DNA from: an uncultured Gemmatimonadales bacterium
GTDB taxonomy: Bacteria > Gemmatimonadota > Gemmatimonadetes > Gemmatimonadales > GWC2-71-9
Reading direction: 5' to 3'
Assembly (NCBI GenBank): GCA_963697065.1
Contig: CAVOMQ010000003.1
Location: forward strand, 43,974-107,973
DNA length: 64,000 nt
Shown here: positions 49,366 to 58,133 of the stretch, in pieces
Position numbering within the stretch: position 1 is the first letter of the stretch
How the letters are laid out: the number at the start of each line of letters is the position of its first letter
The notes under the pieces: generated by a model
Told to the model about the DNA's origin: nothing
The model's input: the letters and a program-made list of their open reading frames with translations, nothing else
Database searches by the model: none
Made by a program: the position numbers and the translations under genes

Positions 49366-51477
49366 GTGATTGTCCTTCAGCTATTGGCCGCGCTATCCAC
49401 GAATGGGGTAGCACAAGGCTGCCGAGATGGCGCGACGTGGAAGGACTCGGCCGAAGCGCTGATTCGCCGTTTGGAGCAACACGATTCGAGTGCACGGTCG
49501 AGGCTCGTTCCATACGCTGGTTGCCTCGTCGCCTATGCAGCTGAGCGTCAACTCGGTGCTGCTGACGCGAAACTGATGGCCAAGGTGGCCTTGGTGATGG
49601 CGGGGCCGATTTCGCCGCCGGAATCAACCCGCACGGCTCGCGAGGATCTCTGGCGCTTCCCGGCGGTGCAGGCATTGCGGCGGGGGCTGGCCGTCGACAG
49701 CGGTGACGCGTGGTACGCCGAGCAGCTCGAACGGATCACACCGTATCCATACATCTGGCTCGCGCCGGCCCGGGAACTGACACACCTCCGTGCCCTCGCG
49801 GCCCGCAACGCGATGCTCCCGGTCGATCTTGCCATGACCCGCATCCGGCTCGAACTTGAAACCGGTTCTCTCGATTCGGCGGCGCTGGCGTTCCGTCGAC
49901 TCGATTCAATATCGATCCCATTGCCGCAGTGGACCCATCTCGCTGCCGAGATCACCTTTGCGCGGGGCGATTCGGCGGCGGCCCGAAGCACCTACTACGC
50001 CGGCGCTGCCGCGATCTGCGATTCCAGTGATCGACAGATCTATACTCAGGAACTCTCGTGGATCGCGACGCCAGAGGAGTTGGCAATGTGGGACTCGCTG
50101 CCAATGACACCAGGCGCGCATCGTGATTGGTTGGAGGCGTTCTGGGCGCGGCGGGATCTGGCAGACGGGCAGTTGCCCGGTACTCGGTTGCCGGAGCAGT
50201 TCCGCCGCTGGCGCGAGGCGTTGCGCGACTACCGCTGGGACAGCGACGGCGATGTGGCGCTTGGGACGCCGGATCACGGCTTTGCCGAAGAGGATGGCGT
50301 CTGGAAATCCGACGACCTTCGCGTCCTCGGACCCAGTAACGCCGTGAACCGATGGCGGGCTAGGACCCGGATTCTCGATGACCGAGGTGCCATTGTGATG
50401 CGGCACGGCGATCCGATGCAGCTTCCACTGCCGCCGGGAAAGGCGTCAATCACAGAGCAGAACCTTTCGTGGCAGACACCGCGAGGGTCACTCATCATCG
50501 GCTTTTCCCGGATCAATGTCGCGAGCGGCCGCTTCGGCATGGTCGCGCGAAACATTCCGATGGGGGATCCCATGGTTGCCTGCGCATTCGATGCTCGACT
50601 CTGTCAACTTGCGCGCTTTGCGCACAGCCCGCTTGATCCCGCGGTGGCGACATCACACGGAATACTGGGCCAAGTCCTCAGATACTACGGAATGGAACGT
50701 GCGAGGGCCGAGCACACCGACGCCAACACGACCACATTCCGCGACTCCCTCGGCGCCATCACCCAGGCATTCGGTATCCCGAACGGCGGCGTACTTGTCG
50801 TTTTCGCCGTGCCCGCCGGCAGACTGACCAAGAATCCCGATGTGCCCGCCTTCGCCGCCAATCTCCGGGTGATCATCGGCGACTCCGCCGCGGGGCGCAT
50901 CGTCGCGGCGCTCGACTCTGTGCGCCATTGGCACACGGACGCCCCGGTCAGCGCCGATGCATGGCTGAGCGCGTACCTCACCGTTCCAGCGCCTGTCGGA
51001 ACCTGGGATGTGGCCATCACCATCTCCGACACGGCGAAGACGAGGGGCTCCGGCGTGCGCCTCGATGCCATTCCGGTGGTCATGTTCGACGGGAAGGCGC
51101 TCCAACTCAGCGACCCGATCCTCGGCCGCAGTGACGCGGGGCTGGTCTGGCATCACGACGGCGTCGCCATCCCCCTCAACCCCACCAATGCCTGGCGTAC
51201 CGCCGAACCGGTCGAGCTCACCGTGGAGGCCGATGGTCTCGTTCCCGGGCGCAGCTACAGCACCCGCTTCGAACTGTGGAAGGTGGCCGGGCACCCCAAA
51301 GCCCCCAGCGTCACCGTGGCGTTCACGGCGAAGACCGACAGCGCGCACGAGGTGATCCAACGCGAGCTCTCGGTACGCGAGCTCGATCCGGGCGACTACC
51401 GGCTGGTGATCCGGCTGCAGGACGCCGTCACGAAACAGGCCGTGACTCGCGAGCGCCGAGTGGCGGTGCGCCGGTAG
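49366..51477 (+). CDS. GWxTD-domain-like secreted protein with C-terminal Ig-like folds
   Basis: WIATPEELAMWDSL..WLEAFWARRD..EQFRRW..LDDRGAIVMRHGDP follows the GWxTD-domain pattern. Confidence 0.65.
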   Translation: MIVLQLLAALSTNGVAQGCRDGATWKDSAEALIRRLEQHDSSARSRLVPYAGCLVAYAAERQLGAADAKLMAKVALVMAGPISPPESTRTAREDLWRFPAVQALRRGLAVDSGDAWYAEQLERITPYPYIWLAPARELTHLRALAARNAMLPVDLAMTRIRLELETGSLDSAALAFRRLDSISIPLPQWTHLAAEITFARGDSAAARSTYYAGAAAICDSSDRQIYTQELSWIATPEELAMWDSLPMTPGAHRDWLEAFWARRDLADGQLPGTRLPEQFRRWREALRDYRWDSDGDVALGTPDHGFAEEDGVWKSDDLRVLGPSNAVNRWRARTRILDDRGAIVMRHGDPMQLPLPPGKASITEQNLSWQTPRGSLIIGFSRINVASGRFGMVARNIPMGDPMVACAFDARLCQLARFAHSPLDPAVATSHGILGQVLRYYGMERARAEHTDANTTTFRDSLGAITQAFGIPNGGVLVVFAVPAGRLTKNPDVPAFAANLRVIIGDSAAGRIVAALDSVRHWHTDAPVSADAWLSAYLTVPAPVGTWDVAITISDTAKTRGSGVRLDAIPVVMFDGKALQLSDPILGRSDAGLVWHHDGVAIPLNPTNAWRTAEPVELTVEADGLVPGRSYSTRFELWKVAGHPKAPSVTVAFTAKTDSAHEVIQRELSVRELDPGDYRLVIRLQDAVTKQAVTRERRVAVRR

Positions 51478-51487
51478 TACCAAACGA

Positions 51488-51649
51488 AAAGGCGCCCTGA
51501 GCCCATGGCCCTGAGCCCATGGCCCTGAGCCCCGCAGGTCGGACTCGGCCAGCGCTACCGCCGGACAGCAGTGCAAGAACTCGATGCCGCGCTGGCCTCC
51601 GTTCGCAGGCCGAGTCGGGTGTTCGGGGCCATGGGCTCAGGGCGCCTTT
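51488..51649. repeat. REPIN/MITE-like palindromic element, copy 2, with 23-bp perfect terminal inverted repeats
   Basis: AAAGGCGCCCTGAGCCCATGGCC (51488-51510) and its reverse complement (51627-51649). Confidence 0.75.
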
Positions 51650-51657
51650 CGCTCCTC

Positions 51658-51779
51658 TCATTTCACCCGCTTGCAGAGATCCATCATCGCCGCCTGGCAC
51701 GCCCGCGACCGGATATCGTGCCGCGTGCCGACGAAACTCCGCCGCACCGCGTCCACCTGCCCATGCACACTGTAGCCGA
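51658..51779 (-). pseudogene. cinA: Orphan 3' end of cinA
   Basis: 101-bp direct repeat (51679-51779 vs 55066-55166, 6 mismatches by eye) with its own tail and stop (DLCKRVK*). Confidence 0.85.
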
Positions 51780-51780
51780 C

Positions 51781-51907
51781 GGCACGCTGGCCCGAGAGGG
51801 CGGCCACGGGGGGCATGGCGACTGTCGCGATGCAGGCGAGCAGAGGCCGATGCGGCCGGAAGGTGGGTCTCACGGTTCCTCCTCGAGTGGTGAACCATAG
51901 CCCGGGC
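51781..51907 (-). pseudogene. Diverged copy of the 5' end and RBS of the esterase gene
   Basis: GGCACGCTGGCCCGAGA matches 47215-47231; CACGGTTCCTCCT...TGAAC.ATAGCCCGGGC matches about 47305-47341. Confidence 0.75.
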
Positions 51908-51933
51908 CTCACGCTGCATGGGTCCCACACCGC

Positions 51934-51962
51934 TTGACAGCCGTTCCCGGCGCAGGTATTAC
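51934..51962 (+). promoter_or_regulatory. sigma70-type promoter TTGACA-N17-TATTAC (copy 2)
   Basis: Read directly; same context as 47442-47470. Confidence 0.65.
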
Positions 51963-51963
51963 C

Positions 51964-52615
51964 TTGCTTGTACACCAGCAGGACTTGGATCCCCTTGGCC
52001 GGACCAGACGTCGATCGCGCTGGCGCACTGCACCTGCGGCTGCTGGCCGGGCACCCCGAGGCGGGGGCCGGAATCGCGGCGATCGCCTACGGTCCACTGG
52101 TGACCTACTTGGGCTCCCGTTTCCCTTACGTTGACCCGGACGCGGCTTACGACGCGGTCTCCGACGCGGTCATGGCCTACCTCGAACAGCCGGCCCGGGC
52201 CAAGGCGGTCGACGGACGCCAGCTCATGGCCCACCTTCAGCTTGCCGCCTGGCGTAACATGTTCAACCGTTTGCGTGAGGATGGCCGGCGCAGGCAGCGC
52301 GAGCGGCGATACGGCGACGCCAGGAACTGGCGGCGGCTGGAGTCGGCGCGGCGTGTTGTTGCTCTTGTGGGTTCGGCGGGGAAGGTATTACAGGAGGCGA
52401 TAGATCCGGGCGAGTCCACGGAAGTGTCAGCGATGGAGCCCGCCGGGTGGAGCACCGAGGAACGGACCGTCTGGGTGCTCTTCCGGGCCGGCGAACGACG
52501 AACTGCGGAGTACGCCGCGGCGCTCGGGATCACGGGTCGGCCCGTGTCAGACCAGCGAGTGATCGTCGAGCGCATCAAGGAGCGGCTCCGGGTGCGCGTG
52601 AAGCGGGGGGGGGGG
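51964..52615 (+). CDS. ECF sigma-factor-like regulator, copy 2 (1-nt indel near 52000; stop position depends on G-tract length)
   Basis: Paralog of 47472-48134. With G11 the frame runs on into peptide P4; with G10 it would stop at TGA near 52657. Confidence 0.6.
52605..52615 (+). repeat. G11 homopolymer at the 3' end of ECF copy 2
   Basis: Counted directly. Confidence 0.85.
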
Positions 52616-52690
52616 CGCTGCGAGCAACGATCGTTGTGTTCGGAATACCGGTCTGTGAGATCATTGTTCAATTCCAGCAAGGAGCGTCAG

Positions 52691-52975
52691 ATGCATCAAC
52701 AGCCGATTCGCCTTCTGGCGGCGGGCGTTGCGATCACCGCACTAGTCATCCTGGCGACCCAGCCAAGCAAGGCGCGCGCTGAGGAGGCAAAGTGTACCGA
52801 CGGGAAGGCGAATGAGGGGTGCCTGGAGTGCGACCCAGGCGGGAGCTGTAGCTTCAGTCACCCGGGCTTCAAGTCAAATGGCAGCGCGAACTCGTGGACC
52901 TGCGAGGTATCCGCGGGCGATCACTGCCAACACGGAGTCGCGAACTATGTGGACTGGAAGACCGAGGACGAGTAG
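52691..52975 (+). CDS. Secreted 6-Cys peptide P4
   Basis: AAGGAG RBS; signal ending QPSKARA; C-x8-C-x2-C-x5-C-x17-C-x7-C. Confidence 0.75.
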   Translation: MHQQPIRLLAAGVAITALVILATQPSKARAEEAKCTDGKANEGCLECDPGGSCSFSHPGFKSNGSANSWTCEVSAGDHCQHGVANYVDWKTEDE

Positions 52976-53045
52976 TGATTCAAACCGACGTGACGACGTC
53001 CCGGTCGGCCGGTTCCGCGGCCGGGCGCCCGCGTCCGGCGGTGCG

Positions 53046-54194
53046 ATGCAACGCGTCCTCGTGAACGCGGTGAGTTTATGCGCACTTGCTGGTTTCGCCG
53101 CCGCCTGTGCCCGCGACGCCAAGTCTGGAGCGGCGGGCCCGGACCAGAATCAGGCCGACCTGTTGCCGGACGATCACTTGCACCCCGTGGTGGTATCGGG
53201 CAGGCTGCTGGTGTCAAGCACCGCGTTCGGACGGCCCGAGTACGCACTGACGCAGGGGAATCGGCTCTGGATCTCCGACCAGGCTGGCGACCCATACATT
53301 CACCTTATCGATATTTCGGGGCGCCGAATTGTCGCATCCTTTGGTCACACCGGTGTCGGGCCCGGGGACTTTGATCAGGGAATCTCCGGTCTGTCGCGAC
53401 GGCCTGGGGACGCCACCGCAGCCTGGGCGCTCAGTCTCGGTCTCCGGCGCCTCACGAGGGTGCCCGCGATCAGCGCCGACACCGTGGTCACAATTCCCCT
53501 CACTGCACCCCGCTTTGCCGATCATGCAGAGTGGCTTACACGGGGCCGCCTGTTGCTGATCGGCGAAACGGATACCAGCCGCTTCGTGCTCGCTGATTCC
53601 AACGGGAAGCCGCTCCGGGTTGTGTCGGGCGATCTGGTCGGCGGGGATTCCATTTCGCTGGCGACACGAGTGGACCGCTCGAGCGGCCTTTCGCTTTGCG
53701 TGGCACCTGACGGTGCCCGTTTTGCCGTCTTCTACATTCACGCCGGACGCATGGATCTCTATGACTCCAATGCCGCACTGATTCGCCATGGCGACGTGCC
53801 GTTTGCGATCAACGGCTCATTCCGGCGCGATTCCGCAGGCCGCTGGCACGCGCACGACATCCGCCGCTACTACGAAGCCTGCTCGAGCAGTTCGACCCGT
53901 ATCTACGCGCTGTTCAGCGGCAAGCGGCTCGGACCGCGGTACACCGGAGCTGACGTCGAAGCGCAGTTCGTGCACATCTTCGATTGGACCGGCCGGTTCC
54001 TGGGTGCACTGCACCTCGATCAACCCCTGGCCGGGATGACAACGAGTGGCGACAGCGTGATGTACGGCATCGGGGCCGATGGCAGCCGGATCTATTCGTA
54101 CCGGCTGCCGTCGTTCAACTCCGCCCCAGCGGTGTCCGTTACGCCGACGAAGTCTAGCGGACTACTATTCGACGCCGGGGCCTCCTTATGGTGA
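53046..54194 (+). CDS. BF3164/TolB-like 6-blade propeller lipoprotein (module 4)
   Basis: Lipobox FAAAC; FGHTGVGPGDF; RIYALFSGK..FVHIFDWTG; paralog of 10092-11207. Confidence 0.7.
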   Translation: MQRVLVNAVSLCALAGFAAACARDAKSGAAGPDQNQADLLPDDHLHPVVVSGRLLVSSTAFGRPEYALTQGNRLWISDQAGDPYIHLIDISGRRIVASFGHTGVGPGDFDQGISGLSRRPGDATAAWALSLGLRRLTRVPAISADTVVTIPLTAPRFADHAEWLTRGRLLLIGETDTSRFVLADSNGKPLRVVSGDLVGGDSISLATRVDRSSGLSLCVAPDGARFAVFYIHAGRMDLYDSNAALIRHGDVPFAINGSFRRDSAGRWHAHDIRRYYEACSSSSTRIYALFSGKRLGPRYTGADVEAQFVHIFDWTGRFLGALHLDQPLAGMTTSGDSVMYGIGADGSRIYSYRLPSFNSAPAVSVTPTKSSGLLFDAGASLW

Positions 54195-54892
54195 AGGTCC
54201 ACATGATGGCTCGGTCGCACGATTGGGTGACAATCGTGCTGTTGCTCGTGGCAGGAATACTCGGCGGGTATGCGGCCTATGTACGATTCGGACCAGGACA
54301 GGGTGCCCGCGGCGACGAACCGGCATCAGCGCAATATGGCCGAGTTGGCGCGGAACGCTTCCGGCGTGCTGCCGAGACTGGGGATCGCATCGGACCGGAG
54401 AATGCCCCGATAACCGTCGTCGTCTTCTCCAACTACCTTTGTGAGTACTGCCGACGGTTTGAACCGACCCTGACACAACTCCATCATCGATATCCCGACG
54501 AGGTCGCGATCGTCTGGAAACACTACGCTCCCCTTCTTACACGCCGAGCATCAACGGTCGACCTCGCGGCCGACTGTGCGGCGGATCAAGGGGATTTCGC
54601 GCCGTTCAATCATGCCCTGTTCACCGACACACTTGTGGCACGCGTGCCGGACCGATGGCTGCGTATCGGTCAGCGCATCGGGATCGACACCGCAACCATG
54701 GCCGGATGCATTCGGTCGCGACGCCATGCCGCCGACGTAATGCACGACACGGAGGAAGGGCAGGCGCTGGGCGTGACAGGCACGCCGACCTCGTTCATCA
54801 ACGGCGTTCGCATCGTGGGCCAGGTACCATTCGACATCCTGGACTCAGTCGTATCGTCGCAACTTCGTAGCGGGCGGCCCAGTACAAAGTGA
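54188..54892 (+). CDS. DsbA-family oxidoreductase (module 4)
   Basis: GPENAPITVVVFSNYLCEYC, GVTGTPTSFING; N-terminal TM. Confidence 0.85.
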   Translation: MVKVHMMARSHDWVTIVLLLVAGILGGYAAYVRFGPGQGARGDEPASAQYGRVGAERFRRAAETGDRIGPENAPITVVVFSNYLCEYCRRFEPTLTQLHHRYPDEVAIVWKHYAPLLTRRASTVDLAADCAADQGDFAPFNHALFTDTLVARVPDRWLRIGQRIGIDTATMAGCIRSRRHAADVMHDTEEGQALGVTGTPTSFINGVRIVGQVPFDILDSVVSSQLRSGRPSTK

Positions 54893-55041
54893 TGCGCACT
54901 TGCACAGATCACGGTGTCAGATGCTCGCCCCAATGGATGAGGTGCCGGGAACGGCGCCCACGAGATTCATTCGATACCCCGAAAGCCCTGTAGGCTGCCA
55001 TGGCTCCCTCGTCCTGTTTTGGCCAGCGCCGCCACCGGTCG

Positions 55042-56300
55042 CTATGGTTGCACTCTGAGCAATGTATCCATCATCGCCGCCTGGCACGCCCGCGACCGGA
55101 TGTCGTGCCGCGGGCCGACGAAACTCCGCCGTACCGCGTCCACCTGCCCGCGCACGCTGTAGCCGAACCACACCGTCCCCACCGGCTTCTCCTGCGTGCC
55201 ACCGTCCGGTCCCGCGATGCCGGTGATCGCGATCGCCACCTCGGCGCCATGGCGCCGTGCCGCCCCCGCCGCCATCTCGCGCACCGTCTCCTCCGACACC
55301 GCGCCGTAGCGCTCGATCGTCTCTTCGCGGACGTCGAGCAGTTCGACCTTGAGGCGGTTGGCGTAGCAGATCACGCCACCGAGAAAGACATCGGACGACC
55401 CCGGAATCTCGGTGATGCGCGTGCCGAGCATCCCGCCGGTACACGACTCCGCCACCGCGAGCTTGAGCCCGCGCGCGCGCAGCGCGTCGAGCACCACCGC
55501 GGCGAGATCCGTGTCGCCTTCGCCGTAGACCCAACGTTCCGCCGCCTGCACAGGCGCGCGATTCCCGCCTTGAGCGCTGCATCCGCCGCGGCCGGGTCCA
55601 TGTGCCACGCGGTGAGCCGCAAATCCACGCCGCGCAGTCCCGGCAGGTAGGCCAGCGTCAATGGCGCCAGCCGCGCTTCGACGATGGCGACGGCTTCGGC
55701 CAGGGTCGATTCGGCCACACCGGTGGTCCGCAGCGTCGCCGAGCGCACCACGGCGCCGCCGAAGCGCGGCGCCAGGCGCGGAATCACCTCGTGCCCGGTG
55801 AGCATCCGCATCTCGTGCGGCACGCCGGGCAGCATGATGACGATGCCGCGCGGCGTCTCGATCCAGAGCCCTGGTGCGGTACCCCATTGGTTGGCGAGCA
55901 CCTCGGCACCTTCCGGCACCATCGCCTGACTGCGGTTCGACGCCACCGGCACTCGCCCGAGCTTCGCGAAGCGCGCTTCGAGGCGGTGCCAGACGTCGTC
56001 GTCGAACTTGAGCGGCAGGCCGAGGAGTTGCGCCACCGTTTCGCGGCTGCAGTCGTCGCTGGTGGGGCCGAGTCCGCCGGTGGTGATCACCACCGCCGCG
56101 CGCTGCAGGGCCGCGTCGACGGCGTCGCGAATCTGCGCCGGGTCGTCGCTGACGGCGGTACGCCGCACCACCGGCATCCCTGCGGCCGCGAGTGCGGTGG
56201 CCAGGAACGCCGAATTGGTGTCGACGGTGAAGCCCAGCAGCAGCTCGGTACCGATCGTCACCAGCTCGATGGCGATGCCGGACTCCGGAGTGCCGTCCAT
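55042..56300 (-). CDS. cinA: Competence/damage-inducible protein CinA (1-nt frameshift near 55552)
   Basis: VTIGTELLLGFTVDTNS, TTGGLGPTSDD, AVAESCTGG, ITGIAGPDGG..KPVGTVW. Confidence 0.9.
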
Positions 56301-56304
56301 CAGT

Positions 56305-56952
56305 TCATGAGCGGAAGAGCTGGCGGTATCGGATCAGATACGCCACGAACGAATAGATGGTGAGCGTCAGCGCGATGCCCAGCGTCGCGGCCACGAAGCC
56401 GCCGTGAAACTGGTGCCAGTACGCCGCCAGCTGCGAGTGTTCCCACCCCATCGGCTTGACGGCGTCGCGGAACGCGAACCAGGTGAGCGTGCCGCCGATG
56501 AAGACGTTCTGCAGCACCGCCTTGATCTTCCCCTCCGATTCCGCGGCGATCACCACGCCGCGCGTCTGCGCCCAGGCCCGCAGCACCGTCATGGCGATCT
56601 CGCGGCCGATCAGCAGCAGGCAGACCCAGAGCGGGATGCTCCCCCAGATCGGGATGTCGTACGCCTGCTGGCGCTCGGTGGAGATCCACCAGATCGGCCC
56701 CAGCGTGGCGAACAGCAGCAGCTTGTCGGCGATCGGGTCGAGATACTTGCCGAGGTCGCTCACCTGGCCGCGGCGGCGCGCCAGCCGGCCATCGATGACG
56801 TCGGTCACCGCCGCCGACACGAAGATCACGAAGCAGATCAGCTTGGGCCAGTAGCCATGGATGAACGGCAGCAGGGCGACGATCGGGGTGATCCCGATCC
56901 GCGCGATCGTGAGGATGTTCGGCAGGGTCCAGATGGTGCTGCGGTCGGTCAT
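56305..56952 (-). CDS. pgsA: CDP-alcohol phosphatidyltransferase (PgsA)
   Basis: [38 protein letters not shown]. Confidence 0.9.
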   Translation of the reverse strand: MTDRSTIWTLPNILTIARIGITPIVALLPFIHGYWPKLICFVIFVSAAVTDVIDGRLARRRGQVSDLGKYLDPIADKLLLFATLGPIWWISTERQQAYDIPIWGSIPLWVCLLLIGREIAMTVLRAWAQTRGVVIAAESEGKIKAVLQNVFIGGTLTWFAFRDAVKPMGWEHSQLAAYWHQFHGGFVAATLGIALTLTIYSFVAYLIRYRQLFRS

Positions 56953-57623
56953 CCGAGCGACTTGAGCACCAGCTTGCTGACCGCCTTGAGGGTGTCGAAG
57001 ACCCCCTCGCCGCGCACCGCGATCGCCTCGAAGGTGGGCACCCGCTCCACCCAGACGCCGTCGACCTCGCGGACGAGATAGTCGCCGGCACGGTAGGGAT
57101 CCGGCGTGAGCTTCTGCTTCTCCGGGTCCTGCACCGGCCATCCCGGATTGAGCGCGGCGTCGAGCGACGCCACCGGTGCGGCGGTGGGGAGGTCGCGCTT
57201 GTTGTACTGGATCACGAACGGCAGCGTGGTCAGGTCGTAGCCGTGCTGCGCCATGTTGTCGTACAGGTTCTGCATCGCCTCGAGGTTCGCCTCGGTGCGG
57301 TCGATCTGCGAATCGGCCACGAACACCACGCCGTCGACGCCCTTGAGGATCAGCTTGCGCGACGCGTTGTAGTACACCTGGCCGGGCACGGTGTAGAGGT
57401 GGAACCGGGTGCGGAAGCCGCGGATCGTGCCGAGGTCGACCGGCAGGAAATCGAAGAACAGCGTCCGCTCGGTTTCAGTGGCGAGCGAGATCAGCTTGCC
57501 CTTGGACGACGGCGCGACCTTCTCGTAGACGTACTCGAGGTTGGTCGTCTTGCCGCCCAGCCCCGGGCCGTAATAGACGATCTTGCAGTTGATCTCGCGC
57601 GACGCGTAGTTGATCAGCGACAT
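56949..57623 (-). CDS. mglA: MglA-family small GTPase
   Basis: [58 protein letters not shown]. Confidence 0.93.
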   Translation of the reverse strand: MSLINYASREINCKIVYYGPGLGGKTTNLEYVYEKVAPSSKGKLISLATETERTLFFDFLPVDLGTIRGFRTRFHLYTVPGQVYYNASRKLILKGVDGVVFVADSQIDRTEANLEAMQNLYDNMAQHGYDLTTLPFVIQYNKRDLPTAAPVASLDAALNPGWPVQDPEKQKLTPDPYRAGDYLVREVDGVWVERVPTFEAIAVRGEGVFDTLKAVSKLVLKSLG

Positions 57624-57635
57624 CGGCCCGCCCTC

Positions 57636-58133
57636 TCAGCCGCCAAAGAGCTTGTCGAGTTCATCTTCCGCCTCGCCCACGAAGCCGGCGTCGACGCCGT
57701 TGCGCCGGCCGGTGTCCCGGGTGAACATGCCGGTGAAGATGTCGGTCAGCTCGCCCACGGTGCCGCGCATCCGCAGCTTGACCAGGCCGAGCGTGGTGCG
57801 ATTGTCGAACAGCACCACCAGGATCACCCGCCGGGCAATATCGGCGAGATAGAGCGACTCGCGCTCGCCCTGGTGGAACAGCGTGCCGAATTCCCCTTCG
57901 CCGAGCAGCCGCGCCAACTGGTCGTTGGCGGAAAAATCGGCGGCGGTCAGCGACGCGAACGCGGTCGGATCGAACGCCGGCGGCTCGCCCACCGTGATCA
58001 GCATCTGGCCGGCCCGGTCGACCAGCAGTGCCGTGCGCGCGGCGGCATCGCGCAGGAAGTCGACCAGCACCGCGCGGATGCGGTGCGAATCGTCTTCGCC
58101 GAACGACCACGATGCCGCCTGGCCAGCGCTCAT
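57636..58133 (-). CDS. mglB: MglB roadblock/LC7 GAP
   Basis: LLVDRAGQM, FASLTAADFSANDQLARLLGEGEF..LFHQGE, FDNRTTLGLVKLR. Confidence 0.9.
   Translation of the reverse strand: MSAGQAASWSFGEDDSHRIRAVLVDFLRDAAARTALLVDRAGQMLITVGEPPAFDPTAFASLTAADFSANDQLARLLGEGEFGTLFHQGERESLYLADIARRVILVVLFDNRTTLGLVKLRMRGTVGELTDIFTGMFTRDTGRRNGVDAGFVGEAEDELDKLFGG

Noticed and set aside
51968-52975. 335-aa sigma-peptide fusion protein as a genuine gene
   Set aside because: The peptide has its own RBS and signal peptide, and the fusion depends on the G11 length; treated as two genes.
11306-52975. Cys-rich peptides as classical RiPP precursors (lanthipeptide, sactipeptide, lasso)
   Set aside because: No radical SAM, LanB/C/M, YcaO, RRE or C39 transporter nearby; Sec signals plus DsbA point to disulfide folding instead.
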